From: Antedon mediterranea
Lineage: Eukaryota; Animalia; Echinodermata
Assembly (NCBI RefSeq): GCF_964355755.1
Contig: NC_092677.1
Location: forward strand, 13,228,101 to 13,292,100
Length of the DNA stretch: 64,000 nt
Direction: 5' to 3'
Part shown: piece after piece, positions 38,116 to 51,510 of the stretch
How positions within the stretch are numbered: position 1 is the stretch's first letter
How the letters are laid out: the number at the start of each line of letters is the position of its first letter
Position numbers and translations under genes: made by a program
Notes under the pieces: model-generated
What the model saw: the letters and a program-made list of their open reading frames with translations, nothing else
What the model was told of the DNA's origin: nothing
Databases searched by the model: none

Positions 38116-39502
38116 GTTATCTATTATATTAACTGAAACCATTATACAATATGGATCGAATAATTGAAACCTTTTTAGGATAAGTGTGTATTTTTATTTT
38201 TCTCGGAACGACCATACAGGATATGCAGCTATTTAAAACGAGTGGATATATTTCTATGAAGCCTTGGCGCAAAAAATGTTAATAAGAATCGTTTGGGCGT
38301 TGTTGTCAAATGCTATGTTTCAAATCATTGTGAGATGACAGACGAGTCGAGGTGATGATCTACGTCAATGCTATGCTACCAGCTTTCACGCGAGTTCAAA
38401 TCGCATTATCCACAGGTCAATCAAGGTCGGTCGGGTAATGTCAGTATATGCTTACATTGGTTGATCGTCGGCTAATTTTTCTAACCCGTTGGCAATAAAC
38501 GGAAGTGAAAAATGCTACTTACAAGACTATTACAATAAAAAACACAAGGACATCTTATAAATTTATTAGATTTAAAAGTATTCTGAACATTTAATCTGAA
38601 AATATTGTTAAAAGGTTATCAAATTTAATTACATTATGACCCATAACAATGTATGGTTTTCATGATAAAATTATGAAAAAAAGTGTACTAAAATGAACAT
38701 ACGATAATAAATACTGATTTTATTTCTAGCTTTAAGTATACTCAAAAGAGAAACAAAAAGCATAACTTTAATTTAGTTTAAAATTGGCATATTTTTTTGT
38801 TTGTTTTAATGTTAACAGCAACAAATACAACTTTTAAATTCTGTACATCTCTATATAAACGTATTTTGGTAGTTCAGATAGATAGCCAGGGCATCGAATA
38901 TTTCGCAAAAGCAGCGTAGAAAAATACCTACCTTATAAAATGTTAAAGCAAAAATAATTATGTTGTGCCGAGATATATACTGTCACATCATAATAGTGTA
39001 GCATTTGGTAAGTTTTTTTTTATTTGTTTGATACTAAACTACTTGTTGAAACCTATGGAGTAAGTTATGCTTTCTTATCGTAGCAGTGTACAACACTCCA
39101 TTGGTCTGAACTATGAAAAGATTAGAGGATGTTCTTAAGATACTGAAAATACCTGATCTCTGTCGAAGGTGATTGGTCATATTCGTTCTTCCAGTAAAGA
39201 CTGTTAAGTTATCCTGTATTAAGTAATGGTATAATTGGGAGCAATAAAAAGGTAAAATATACATGTGTTAAAAATAGGTCGCTATGTAATTGTATTGATA
39301 TTTTCTATTTCTATTAAACTTTTGACATGTGTGTTTATCTTTTTCTGTAAGATTAGTAAACAGGTGCTAACAAAGATTTCAATTCTTTGAAGTCTTTATA
39401 AAAATCACAATGAATATATCGATAAGCTTCATCATCATTAGACATAGCGCGTTCTACTATTTTGTGCCTTTTTTTCCCTATTGTCGGCCGGTGTTATTTT
39501 AA

Positions 39503-39700
39503 TTTACCTCCGCCAAGGAGGTATATATGTAATCAATCGCGTGTGTTTGTTTGTCTGTTTGTTTGTCTGTTTGTTTGTCTGTTTGTTAGCAGGATTACTC
39601 AAAAAGTAATTACAAGATCTTTACCAAAATGAATATACAGATAGATTATGGTCAAGGACCATTCCATTAAATTTTAGGACTATGGTTCCAATTCTGGACC
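39503..39700 (+). mobile_element. Helentron-associated non-autonomous element (HINE/DINE-1-like), 5' part
   Basis: Short hairpin tacctcc-gccaa-ggaggta followed by a (gttt/gtct)n microsatellite and ttagcaggattact, the typical HINE layout. Confidence 0.65.
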
Positions 39701-41212
39701 ACTTTTTAGTATACTTTTTAGATCTACTAGTGTTAAAAGATAGAAAGAAAGCCTGCGAGCAGTCTTAAAGTAACAAGTAAACTATAATGACATTTTCTCG
39801 AGAACTACTTGTCCAAAAAACTTTATTTTTGTATAAGAGGCAAGAATTATAATTTGTGATTTGTAATTTTAAAACATAATTTGATTTAATGTGCACCCTC
39901 TTTGATGCAAGTAGTTTAAAAAACCTATTTCTTTTCAAATTCACTTGTTTGATTTTTGCGTTGCTGTTCTATTGTTAGTCAACTGAAGCTATTGTTAATT
40001 GAAAGGCTTGTTACATAACCATTACACCAAACTCGCATAAAAATGCTTGTAGTGAAATTAGCCTAAATCTCAAACAGTATTAAGACGCACAAATATATAT
40101 ATATTTTCTTTCGAATAGATCGCATTTTACTTGCCATGTTTACCAATTATAACTGCCCCATAGCACAGGACATCATGTGTTCTGGTTATAGAGGCCATTT
40201 CCAAACATCCACAGTTACTTGGAAGACATGCAAGGAGATACAATACCTGAAGATATTGTGCACCTTAAATTGCCGGTAAATGGAAGCAGTGATTTAGGTT
40301 ATATTTTATTCCAGTTTTTTCACATTTTTTTGTTTGTTTTTAGTTTCTAGGTTTGTATTTTTTATGGCTTTCACAAGCGCCTTGAGCACTTTGTGGACAT
40401 GTGCACTTTATACATCTTTTTATCCTATTTTAGAAACAAGAAGCAAAATCTGGCTCAATCGTCTTATATTGCTACCAAGAGTCGTTGATATAAGTTCAAG
40501 TGAAACACAATATTATATTTCCTTGTTTTAACTATAAATGGGGAAAAGTATTACAAAGGGGGAAAAATGCAACAGAAAAATTTTGGAAAAGAGATGACAT
40601 GGGAAAGATGCTGGAAAACGGGAAATGAAACAGGGAGATGTTTTTTTTTTTAAATTTTATAAAGAGATTGTGTGTTTGTGTGTGGAATAGGCAAGATATA
40701 GGGAAAAAGAAATAAATGAGGAACAGACTTATTATTGAAAAGGTGGAAAAGGAGGATTCGGGAAAATGTAAAGTAGGAATGGAGAGAAATGGGATTTGTG
40801 TAAAGAAGTTATGAAGAGAGTTTTCTGGGACAATTTCACCTTTATCAAAGAAAGCCAGCTTTGTAATTGAGATTCCAGTGTACAAGTCATTTTCAAATCT
40901 ATCCCTTAATGACATTTTTTATTATAGGCTACTTTAACTGATTAATTTTATTATGTTATATAACATTAATATAATAAATTGTACACAGTGCATTATGTAC
41001 AAACTAATGCCAATTATTTCATATTTAATTTGATTAAAAAATATATAACAGGTGAACTTCTTTTCCATCAATCAATATATGCGGTACAAGGTCATGATTT
41101 AAAAGATAATATAATAATCAAACATATTGTTCAAAGCAATAAATGAGAGCAACATTATTCAGGAAATCAGTGTTTGAGGGATTAATAATAATTTAAAAAA
41201 ACATAATATATA

Positions 41213-41356
41213 AATCCAAAGGCAAATTACTGAAGAAAGGACAATGCTGTGGATGTCAGTGGCTGGATCTCAATGGATATACAAAAAAAAAAGCGAAAAG
41301 CTAAATCAAAACGATAAAGTAAAACAGCCAGAAAAGTTAACAGAGCTATCAGTGCA
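41213..41356 (-). mobile_element. Copy of the Penelope-like repeat with an internal deletion in the hammerhead
   Basis: Near-identical to 1233-1360, then cagagct-atcagtgca (stem II and GAAA deleted); lies in TA-rich flanks. Confidence 0.75.
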
Positions 41357-41483
41357 TATATATATGCCTTTAAAAAAAGCACATCTATAATATAGTCAAT
41401 TAAAAATTTGAAATTACAATAAGAGTTGGCATATTTTACATGGTTCCACCCAGATACTGTACTAGCTAGTAATACAAATTAAA

Positions 41484-41545
41484 AGCCCTTTTCACACATA
41501 GTTGTGTTAACTCACAAATACTCTACTCTATGTGTGAAAGGGTCT
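41484..41545. mobile_element. Very short hairpin MITE (Harbinger-like ends)
   Basis: cccttttcacacatag ... ctatgtgtgaaaggg inverted repeat around about 27 nt. Confidence 0.5.
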
Positions 41546-41890
41546 TAAAGCAATGCCCAATATCTGGATTATGTTAAATTATTATTCGTACCTTCAACTC
41601 TTTAAAAACACCAATTTTATATGTTTCTTGGGACCTCTTTCATCTCAGAATTCATGTAATATAAACTGGACGTATGTTGTAAAGGTTGAGATTCGTGTAA
41701 TGTATATATCGTAGAAGTATATCATTATTTGAATAGCTAATTATTGTACTGATGACTTTCATTTGATGTGATTAAAATTTTGTAATTGGCAAACTCAAGT
41801 CTAGGATGAATTTGACAAACATCATACATACAACAATGAAGAGACTATAGAAATCCTAGGTAACATACAATTTGTTTATTCACAGTTTAA

Positions 41891-42025
41891 ACCTCTGTCT
41901 ACACAAACTAGTTTGACAAAAAAAGTGTGACGTGCCAAAGTGTGGCAGTGATATGACATCATCATGTCCATATATGGGCACATCACATCTTTTGTCACAT
42001 AAAGTTTGATAGTGTAGATAGAGCT
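41891..42025 (+). mobile_element. MITE family A, full-length, TAA TSD
   Basis: taa|acctctgtctacac ... gtgtagatagagct|taa. Confidence 0.85.
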
Positions 42026-45000
42026 TAATCAATGGAAAACAAACCCACATGAGTACTTTTAAGAGTTTTTTTTTCTTCTATATTTTCCCTTACTCATTCG
42101 TAAACAGTTATCTATCTGTAAATTAAAGGTTTAGGGTTTCGTTGCCTTCAAAAAGCTTAATCACGAGGGACGAATTTGACAACTTTTAACGGAAACAAAA
42201 AGGGAAACTGAAAGACATTCAGAATTTTGAGTAAGACTATCAAGATACATATCGATCAAAATTAAAACATGTCATCTATCCATGTTACATCTAGTGAATC
42301 TTCTCTATCACAGATATTTTCATTCTATGAACAAACATGAAAAAACAAAACAAAAAACATCTAAAGTATTATGTGTCTCTTGTGTGTCTATGTCTGCTCT
42401 TGTTTATCTTACAAACCTATCGAAAATATTACCATTTCCACTTCCTCTATAATTTTTGACATTTTATAAAAATAATGCATATTACTTTAATTTAAATTTA
42501 AATCAGGTCATTCCTTGTCTTAAATTAACATTATATGGTTAATTATGATGAAAATATTCAGTTTCAGTATATTTGACTGTGCCTATTCAATTGCAGCAAT
42601 TTGTTTGTTATAATATGGAATTATAATAATTATAAATAATACAATTGTCACTTTTTACTATTTTTTTCTGACGAACAAATAAAATAAATGTCTTTTGAAT
42701 TGAAAATTGAAAATTTTTTTTTACTCAAAAAATGGTAATATCATGTTTGATTTATCTTTTGTAATTTTTTATTTTTTGTAAAGTAACATAAATTTCAGTA
42801 TTTTCGAGAGGGGGAAACTGAGAAAATATATTACATAGTAACAACCAATCAGATAATTGCACAGGCTTCAATATCAATGGCTTTACAAAGGATATGTACA
42901 GAAGATAAATAATGTAAAGGATTTAGTGTATTCTGGCACTTAAAATTAATCCTACAATTAATTAAATTTTGAAGTTCAAGTACTTGACACATTTGTCAAT
43001 TGTTTATTATCTATACATTTTATAAAAGTTTAAATTAAATATAAATTTTATGTAAATAATGTTTCTTAGCCAATGGTGTATTTATTGTAAAATTCCTTTG
43101 GGTACATTTTTTTTTTCAAACTGACAACATTTCTGTAGACATAAGAGGAGACTTTTTTCAATCTCAAGGATATCATGAATTTCAATTCAAATAAAAATAA
43201 TATGACAAGAACTATAATTTAGTATGTATAGTAGTAGTAGTAGTAGTAGTAATATAACTTTGTCTTTGTCATATTATTAATACATTCATACGTTTGTTAC
43301 TGAACTTTGGTGCTCTACTTTAGAACTTTGAAAGCTTAGAAATATTTCATACATCTATGAATTACTTTACTGTACTGTATGTTAAATTTACTCAATAAAA
43401 ATCCTAGAGTATAATTTAGTAATATTTAAAACGTAGTTTATCAAGAAACAAAAAACTACTTCAAAGACATTTGTGATTTTTGATTTTGATACAAAAAAAT
43501 GATTACAATTTTCTATCCAGTAGACAAACATGACTTACTTTCAACGAGTTTTATAGGAGATGCATTGGTACAGTTATGGTATTAACTACTTTATAGATAT
43601 TAACATCATCTCATAAATATGTAAATGATGTAATCGGAATGCAAATGACCGGAACGATTTTTACAAGGTCTTAAGGTTCACAAAAAGGTCAAATGTTATG
43701 AAATGTGACCAGAAAACATTGTACCTTGGGATCACATTTTGTAGAAGTTCCCTAAATATTAACTGCCAGAGAAATTAGTTCTAATGAGAACTGGAAAATC
43801 GACATTCATTTTTTCTATGTACGATCACCGCTTAACATGGCTATACAATGTTATTTTATTCAAACCGGTTTTTGTAAATAATTACAGTAACTCATTGCTG
43901 ATGAGATGTAACTGATATGGTTGAGTGAAGCATCTACTGATAAACAAGTGTTAACATAACGCAACATTCACATCTGTTGAATGATAACAGCCCTTGTGCC
44001 CCGATCAGCCCTTGTGAATGATCGACATGTTTTTTTCTCGCATCAAAAGTTTACTGTCTGCGGTTCAAGGTAAGCATGTGACAGAAGATGAACTATATAA
44101 TGGTCTCCGTCTTCCTGAAAGGCTTTCAATAGAGAATAACCTCTCCATCATGGATGTCAATAAAGAGCCATTGATCATTAGCTTCTTCCAGAACTTGACA
44201 GAGTACCATTGAACATCAAGCGTTGCCTCCTCTCCCATCTCTCAGCTGGTGGCAAGGTTGACTATTTCAAACACAAAGATGGAAGATAAACTGTACTTTT
44301 CTAATGGGTGGAAACTTTTTCATGCATATAATGATGACGTGAGCTGGGTTAAATGTTTCCGGTGGTCGAATCCATCAAAATCAAAGTGAGTGATGATATT
44401 GCATTGCTACAGATGTATTTTAAAGTGTATGACAAGATCATTTAAAACAAACTTCCTAAATATAAACTCACAGATTGTATAGGAAATGTTTTTCTTAATA
44501 ATTAAATCAAAGCACATCGATCAATTGAAGGTATCAAGTTAAAGGGTGATTTTTGCAAATAGTTTTAAAGTGTTGATAGAGTTCCATTAGTATAGCAGTA
44601 TTTTGCTCTACACAACAAGATGATTCTATACATCTTGGAAATGATTTTGTCAATAAAAAGAAGGAAATGTTTTTCTTAATGTTGCAAAAGCGCCCATTAA
44701 TCTTTTGACATTTTCAATAAAGGACAACCACTTCAAAACCAGATACAAAATTCATCAAAAGTGAACATTAGGCTGTGCAATAAATATTATATAGCCATAA
44801 ACACCAAACTTGATTTAAATATTGAATTATTTAAATTATATATAAAAAGTATATCTTTTTAAAATAAACTGAAGAAATACCCTTTAAAAAAAACTTGGCA
44901 TTCCTCTCTGAAATGTTTCCTTTACATTTTAATTTATCTTTTTTAATTATTTATTTAGAACTTTTTGTTATTTCATTTATTGTATTTATCCAATGAAAAG

Positions 45001-46215
45001 AAAATCAATAAAATAAGGATATATTGGTTTAAATGGTTATGTGTTTAATCTGTGTAATATCATTAAAAAAAAAACATATTCTGTGTTAATATGTGTCCCG
45101 TCAATATTAACAAAAATAACCTTTAAATTGCGACTTTTGTCGTATGGATATTTTTGTGTATTACCAATCACCACAAACCAATTTCACAGCCAGACAAAAA
45201 ACTAAATAGATAATAATGAAATAAAATACTGTATCCCCTTCTCACCCACCACCCTACAAATGTTAGGTTAGGTATGAAATGCTAAGAAGATTAGCTTTAG
45301 AATACAATTTTGAATTTTCTAGAAACAACAGGTGAAAGGGATCATGGACACATCTGAAGGAAATTTGCTAGTTTCTTCAATATCATTATCATAATTACAT
45401 TATTAATATTGAAATTCATACTTCCTAACTAATTAACTGAATTGAACCATATACTTAGTATCAAAGGCCGCCAAATAGTATACCAAGAAATGCAATAGAT
45501 ATGCTAGATTAAATTACATTCTTGTGGCAAGATACCTACAAGATTTTTATATATTTTTTATTCTATAATGCTAAAATTGTTTTAATAAAATAATAAATGT
45601 GAACACAATTAAGGATAATGAAATCAATTTGTCAAATTCATTGAAATTGGAAAGAAGAAACAAACATCAAGACACTTTTATTTAATCTAAAAATAACAAT
45701 ATTCCAGTTTGCAAACTGCAAGTTTACTTAACTACATACCAACAACATTGTAAAGGTCAACATCAAGGATATAAAATGAAGTTTTGAGGATCCTTTCACT
45801 TCCTATTAATCCCTAATTTACTACCTTACTAACTTTTTTCCACCAATCACAGTCTTTCTTATCTACACATCAACCAATCAGATTAAGTCTAAGCACTAAA
45901 CTGGTTCACTGGTGACCTTATCTCATCCCCAACATAAGTTTGTCAAAACAATTCTTAGGTGATCCCTTAGGCTTTAAGGTAAACATCCCTAGGGACCAAT
46001 TAGGTGGTATGATAACAACTTTAAACTGTAACTTCTCAAACCTTAAGTAGGTGTTAATTACCCATAATTAGTTTGGTATATTGAACTACAACTGAAAATA
46101 AACTACCATTAAAATATAACACCGCATAGACTGACAAGAGAAAACATAGTAAAGCTGTAGATAAGGGTAACAGAAAAATGGAAACTAAAAGTACATTACA
46201 CAAAACAATTCATAA

Positions 46216-46360
46216 AGCTCTTGTCTACACAGTGTGATATGCCCATATATGGACTTGATAATATCATATCACTACCATATTTAAGCATATCATTACCATA
46301 TTTGGGAAGCCTACATAACACTTTTTTTGTCACATAAAATTTGATAGTGTAGACAGAGCT
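46216..46360 (-). mobile_element. MITE family A, variant copy
   Basis: taa|agctcttgtctacac ... gtgtagacagagct|tta. Confidence 0.8.
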
Positions 46361-46639
46361 TTACAAGTTAATAGACAAAAAAATGTGTCTTAAAGGGGAC
46401 ACAGAAGTCCGACATGGCAGAAGTCAAGAAAGTAAAAGTAAAAAGTATAGGCTGATCAGGTACATTGTGTATGGAAGGTGATTGGATCCTTTATGAATTA
46501 CAGAGGCTACACTACATTGTCAAAACTGGTTGAGACAAACAAAATAGAAAAAATTATTAAAAGAAATCACCAGAAAAAGAAATACCATGTTCAAATTGTT
46601 AATGAAATGGAGTTTGGAATTATAGAATACTAGAAAAGC

Positions 46640-46691
46640 TTCTTTTCGAGATAGTATGGGCAATTCTTTTCGAGATAGTATGGGCAATTCT
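46640..46691 (+). repeat. 24-bp perfect tandem duplication
   Basis: ttcttttcgagatagtatgggcaa, two copies. Confidence 0.9.
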
Positions 46692-46757
46692 GTTTGCGAT
46701 AGACTGTCAGTGTCAAAGGAATGGAAAAGTGTATTATATATATATCAATATATCTTA

Positions 46758-46967
46758 GGCCCCTTTTCTGCTGCCAATCCCAAATATACCGTATAAATAT
46801 ACCGTGTATATATACCGTATATGAAATTCGTGCACCGTTTTTCGGTATATATACCGCATATATATACGGTATATTTTTTATGGGACCCGTTTCTGCTGCC
46901 AAAAAATATACCGTATATAAAATATACCGTATATATACGATATATTTTTGGCAGCAGAAACGGGGCC
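46758..46967. mobile_element. Palindromic GGC..GCC MITE with internal (tataccgta) subrepeats and a duplicated left end
   Basis: ggccccttttctgctgcca (46758) and ggacccgtttctgctgcca (46883) are both complementary to tggcagcagaaacggggcc (ends 46967). Confidence 0.8.
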
Positions 46968-48575
46968 ATATTCAACCCTTAGTTACCTCAACAATCAAGC
47001 CCCATATAATTATTTTACAGTTCATTGTTTTTCAAACAGTAATTTGATTGCATCTTGTATCTTCTTCTTGTCTGCTTCATTGAAAAATAATATGTAAAAT
47101 TGGTAGAGAATTTAACAAATTTACAGCATCAATTTTAAAAACAAGCTACAAATGTTTTTTTTGCAAAAGTATTAATTTCGAAAAGAAGCCCACCTTGAAA
47201 TAGAGGCCTGTGGTTCTCTTTTCAAGGTTTTACAGTAATTTTAATAAGTATTTTTAATGCCTCTCTTTAAACTTTTATTTCATTCTAAATTACAATGTAT
47301 GTTCCACCTTTATTTCACTTCATATTGACATCTATCAAAGATTTATTACTGACCTATGCGTGTTGCTTACATCTTAGAAAATATATTGTGTCACTCAAAC
47401 ACCTCGTTGACTGACAGAATGCCAAGTATATTATGTCCATATATAGTCTTTAGCACGAATGACTGACATTGATGAGATTATGGTGAGGATGTGTCCATCA
47501 ATAGCTAGTCCTTGTTAGAAAATGGATGAAGTGTGAGGACATTGAGTATTTGGCACCATGTCTGCTACCGATTGTTCTTTGATCTATGACTCAATCTCCT
47601 GCATTCCAATCAATGGCGCGATAACAGATTGTTTGCGACAAAACATGTTAAAAAATCTCTTCTCGTCAACGCATCATTCAATAAGTCCGTAACTTACTCA
47701 TCAAAGATTGTATTTAAGACTAAACAACTTAATTTTTTATTCTTCAAAAGAAAATTTGTCTGTGCAGTATAAAAACTACAAACATGTTGAGCTATCTGCC
47801 TGATGTTTACAGGAAAGTTGAGATTACAAACGTCAAAACACATTAAAATACTGAAAAAAATGTAAATTCAATAATGTATTTATGAAGCCTAATATTGAAA
47901 ATTTAAAACATATAGAATTTTATAAAATTACAACTACTGCAGACGCTGGATGGTATGGGTCTGTTTCTAATGTTTATTGAAAAATAGATTAAAATTGCTT
48001 TGATGAAATTATCCTTTTCTTATTGGCACAGAGAATGCGTGTAGTCGACCATGCCGAAAACAAACTTTATATCAGAAACACAGACGTTTCAATCCCCAAT
48101 TCGGCAACATTATTCACGATATCACCTTAAACACTTTGGTTTCAATCAAGGACTTTCGAAAGTTGGAAAACCTCTCGAAAAAATCTTTAAAAGCAGAGGC
48201 TGATATAAACTACTACTAAAAACAAAACTTAAGAAGTCTATGTAGAAGATACCTTCTGTTCTCCCACAGGGCATACAGTGTCACATCATGTGTAAAAGAG
48301 CAATATAAAAGCTGTTTTCCTTCTCAGTTTTTCAAAATGTCAAAATTGTTTAGCGTCAACAAGACCTAATTAACCTAATAAAAAGTGTTAGAAGTAGCGA
48401 GAAAAACTGCAGAGCAAAAAATGGGGAAAAAGTAATGGAATAATAACTAGTAAACTTTTATCAATTTTAACCAATCAATGAGAATGAAAAATGTTGAGAA
48501 GTATTCCTTTTTTGTTGTAGGAAACCCCCAACATTGTGTTTATATAGTGGCTATGGATTCACCCCTTTTATTTAG

Positions 48576-48847
48576 TAATAATAATAATAATAGTTCATTT
48601 TTATATAGCGCTCTACAAGCAAACTTCTCTAAGCGCTGAACATTTACCCCAGTCATTTTTTGGATCAAACACGTATGTAAACATACTCCTATAATGCAGC
48701 TAGTAATCAGCGCAAAGTTGTGTCTTGATCTAACCGGGTACCCATTTATACACCTCGGTGGAGAGAGGCAAACGTAAGTAAAGTATCTTGCCTAAGGATA
48801 CAAGCAATTCAGCAAGAGTTGGGTTTCGAACCTTGATCTCTTGAACG
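48576..48847 (-). mobile_element. CORE-type SINE with L2-like 3' tail, 5' truncated
   Basis: Minus strand: B box ggttcgaaacc; CORE-like ccttaggcaagatacttt..tgcctctctccac..gtataaatgggtacc; tail cagcgcttagag..agcgctatataaa followed by (att)n. Confidence 0.8.
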
Positions 48848-49300
48848 GGCATGGTCCAACCACCCTCTTAAATTTGCGCCATATTCAAGAGTTGATGTAA
48901 TTATCAAGAGGGGCTTATAGGCATAGCCTAGCCTCGACTCCGGACCCAGCATTGCTGAGCTCCGGAAACAAGTAAACAAGTAAAGTAGTCCAACGTCCGA
49001 CACACTGCACCACACGTGATCTGAAGATCAGAGTATTACAAAAGGTAAATATCTAATTGATGTCAATCATGCATTATAGTAGTTTATTTTATAAATAATT
49101 CTCTAGAATTCTTTATTTTTGGTTATTCAGAAACTGGACGTTTTCAAATTATGGCATGTTGAAATAAAATGTAATTAATAAGTGAAGAATAATGTTTTGA
49201 AAACATACAACCATTTCAATTTCAAAAGATTGTCTAAAATGCAAGAACAACCAGCAATCCAGAAACAACTTTGATAATTATCATACACATTGAATTTTAT

Positions 49301-49533
49301 AGAGGGCCCAGTTACGATCAGTGGCTGTGATGTACTACACGTCTTGAAAGATGTACTAGGTTCTTTAAAAAGTGCACATGAGCTAGATGTGTACACTGAA
49401 CTGGTTTATAGTCCGTATCCGCGAAGACTTGTACCACCAGAACCATATAGCGAGTGAGCCTCGAACTCTTGCCAATGTTATGGCTTTGTAATTACGGTCC
49501 CACTGTCTAAACCGCTCGGTCACTCACTTGCTA
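49301..49533 (-). mobile_element. tRNA-derived Deu/Nin-domain SINE, inverse copy
   Basis: Reverse complement is colinear with 59767-60027, including the A box (tgaccgagcgg) and B box (agttcgaggc). Confidence 0.85.
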
Positions 49534-49879
49534 TATGACATGACCATATAAACTAAAATTGCTAAAATATCATAATCTGAGCAGACTTGAGGAGGATATA
49601 AAGACAGATAAGGATGAATGGGTTTGATTTTAGCAAAAGGTTTAACATTTACCAAGCATTCGATACTTATCCAAGCAAGCCCCAGGTGTGAAGAAGAGAG
49701 GAAATTGGAAATATTACATGTTTTGACAATGTTTAATATCCATTGACATCTAAATGTTATTCTATGATGTTAATAACAGGGGACAGGTTAACACCTAATC
49801 TTTACTGGTTTTAGTTAGTTAGTTAGTCTTTAGTCAATAATTGTGATTCATATTAACCAACAAACAAGTTGAAAACAAA

Positions 49880-50055
49880 CCCAAAAGCTCTGCTAACTTT
49901 TCTGGCTGTTTTACTTTATCGTTTTGATTTAGCTTTTCGCTTTGTTTTTGTATTTTAATTGAGAGCTTTCGGGCAACATTTCATCAGTGCAAGTGAAGGA
50001 ATTCGGATAAAGTCATAGCATAAGAACTAGCAAGTGCTGCCTGGGTGTACAGGAA
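49880..50055. mobile_element. Penelope-like repeat in inverted two-part arrangement, retaining the CTGATGA core
   Basis: 49880-49964 is the element sense on +. 49961-50055 is sense on - and reads cacttgca-CTGATGA-aatgttgccc-GAAA-gctc. Confidence 0.7.
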
Positions 50056-50949
50056 TATATATATATATCAATATGTAATGTAAATGTTATATAAATCTAT
50101 GAACTATAAATAAAATAACACTATGTAAAATAAAAATAATTGAAAACGTGAAACAGTGGACAAACAATAGAACAAATTCATAGTGCAACAGAAAAAGTAC
50201 CTGAAGTAGTCTGCTCCGACACACTTGTTTAAAATAGACAAGTCAATTTTTCAACTCATGAAATATTCGCACCATCCAACTCATAAACATTCCTTATTTG
50301 TATATTAAAACAACTATGTAATCTTGCCATTTACTCTGTTGATTATTTTTCGCCAACCATAAATAGTGCAATAACCTATAACTATTCATTTTTTTGTCTA
50401 GTCCTATAATAAATTACTGTACAATAAACATAGACATAAATAAAATTGACATAATAAAACAGATTCTTATTTCTATATATCTTTATGCATTGTTTTACAT
50501 TATTATTGAAACGTGCGTAAATATACTCAAATCTTATAAATATAAACAGACTGGTATATATAAACCAGACGTCATTAATATTTAATAAAAAATTATTAGG
50601 TCTAATTCAGATACAGTAAAATGAAAGTATGTCTAGAAATAATTGTAGCGTCTTTAATATTGGTTTATTATCTAGTCTATTTTTTCATTGTCAATTTTTC
50701 ATTTGTCAATCATATTTTGAATGAACAATATGGATGTTATATAATATACTATGATGAATACGTAGAAAAAAAGAATTAAAAATATAATAATAATACCTTC
50801 TCATTACAACAGAAAGAATTTTCAGATTTTATTTATTTTTTTCCTTCATTGTTTTTACAAATATCAGTTGACCAAGACCATCTCAAAACTCTACTGAGAG
50901 TATCTAAGGTATTTATTCTGGTCCTCAAGCTTAACTGGAGATTCGGATA

Positions 50950-51080
50950 AGGCCCTCTAAGGACCTACGACAGATCAGCACACCGGGAGACGATCCCCTA
51001 CTCTTTTTGAATAGTGTACCAAGTTTTTCAACATGTACTATGTAGACCAACGGCTTTTCAAATTTATCCCATCCAAGGGA
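50950..51080 (-). mobile_element. Second, distinct Deu/Nin-domain SINE fragment
   Basis: Minus strand: ccttggatgggata..aagccgttggtc..cactattcaaaaagagtaggggatcgtctcccggtgtgctg, Nin-domain-like. Confidence 0.55.
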
Positions 51081-51243
51081 TAAGATGCAATGGAAGAGTA
51101 AATATCATACAATCAGTATGGTAGAAATAAGCTGGAACCCATGCCTATCACATTCTAGTTATTATCAATCTCTGGTATATGCAGCACCCATGCAAAATTA
51201 TTAGATGGTTGTCAATCCAGAACATAACAAGGCCCAATGTTAA

Positions 51244-51510
51244 AGATATATCGTCACCCTGAAAAATAATTGTTTACATTTTTGTATTGTCAGTTATTCA
51301 CTTTGACCAAAAATTGGATGATAAAATTTAACTAAACTAAAGCAAAAAAATTGTCAAATTGACTTACAGTCAATGGGTTTTTGGTTGAATTTAGTTTATT
51401 TTGTCTATTTATAAGTGAAAAACCTATTTTGATTAACTGTATTAAAACTGCAAAATATTCAGTCTTTTTTATTAACCTTTATTTTTATATTTTTGGGAAA
51501 CAATACATCT
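51244..51510 (-). mobile_element. Family E (Kolobok-like) element with both ends
   Basis: ttaa|agatatatcgtcaccc ... gggaaacaatacatct; interior aatgggtttttggttgaattta is the reverse complement of the 35245 copy. Confidence 0.65.

Noticed and set aside
40532-40915. 127-aa minus-strand ORF
   Set aside because: Phe/Ser/Pro-rich translation of a purine/pyrimidine-skewed tract; no recognisable family.
46630-47047. Three overlapping Tyr/Ile-rich ORFs
   Set aside because: They result from the low-complexity palindromic (tataccgta)n MITE.
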